A DNA stretch of 55,290 nt, taken from the IMG/VR virus record IMGVR_UViG_3300023180_000023, one strand, 5' to 3'. The stretch comes from an uncultured virus (IMG/VR IMGVR_UViG_3300023180_000023). Taxonomy: Duplodnaviria; Heunggongvirae; Uroviricota; Caudoviricetes. The notes below the pieces were generated by a model. That model was not told the DNA's origin. It was given only the letters and a program-made list of their open reading frames with translations, and made no database searches. Shown here one piece after another: positions 55,174 to 55,290 of the stretch. Position numbers and translations under genes: made by a program. Numbering within the stretch: the stretch's first letter is position 1; the number at the start of each line of letters is the position of its first letter.

Positions 55174-55259
55174 GGTTGGTTGCCTTTGGTTGACTCTGTA
55201 ATTATAAGGGCAGGGTGGGGGCATGGCAACCCCCTGTGGACACTGATCAGACCGTCACA
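55174..55259 (-). promoter_or_regulatory. Early promoter module 10
   Basis: TGTGACGGTCTGATCAGTGTCCAC-6nt-TTGCCA-17nt-TATAAT, leader ...CAACCAAAGGCAACCAACC-ATG. Confidence 0.8.
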
Positions 55260-55290
55260 AGGTCGGTTGCCATCTCAATGGCAGGTTGTT

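Noticed and set aside
52002..55259. Recurring ~30-nt repeats as a CRISPR array
   Set aside because: Spacing is irregular, the intervals are complete ORFs, the repeats contain -10 boxes and end at ATG, and no cas genes are present; they are promoter modules.
1..55290. tRNA, rRNA, intron, intein or homing endonuclease
   Set aside because: No cloverleaf, LAGLIDADG/HNH/GIY-YIG or intein motifs recognised by eye; a covariance-model scan would be needed to fully exclude small RNAs.
55247..55290. 3' end of a further minus-strand early gene (...QPAIEMATDLVTV*)
   Set aside because: Only ~14 codons are visible and the frame is ambiguous, so it is not listed as a feature.

Overview
A 55 kb segment of a T4-like (myovirus) marine cyanophage genome, with essentially all real genes on the minus strand. 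In transcription order (right to left) it has three parts. (i) 51.7-55.3 kb: a GC-rich array of small early genes, ten of them preceded by a repeated promoter module (a TGTCCAC-like box 29-30 nt upstream of a TATACT/TATAAT-type -10, then a C/A-rich leader), plus an AT-rich palindrome nest. (ii) ~51.5-51.7 kb: a hairpin-rich junction. (iii) 1-51.5 kb: an AT-rich late structural module with T4-type late promoters (NATAAATA/CTAAATA). It encodes two paralogous unknown proteins, PAAR gp5.4, a small sigma70-driven insert, gp25, gp6, gp7, gp8, a VrlC/DUF4815-like protein, small adaptors, a 740-aa fibre, two giant (3087 and 3504 aa) fibre-like proteins, two LamG-type proteins and a truncated tail fibre. 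The most striking observation is that the 3504-aa virion protein carries three helical repeats resembling phycobiliprotein beta subunits, each keeping both bilin-attachment-type cysteines. The neighbouring 3087-aa protein carries two cupredoxin-like domains with complete type-1 copper ligand sets. This suggests a possibly chromophorylated and metallated virion appendage built by recursive domain insertion. All family calls come from recognising motifs by eye; no database search was run.
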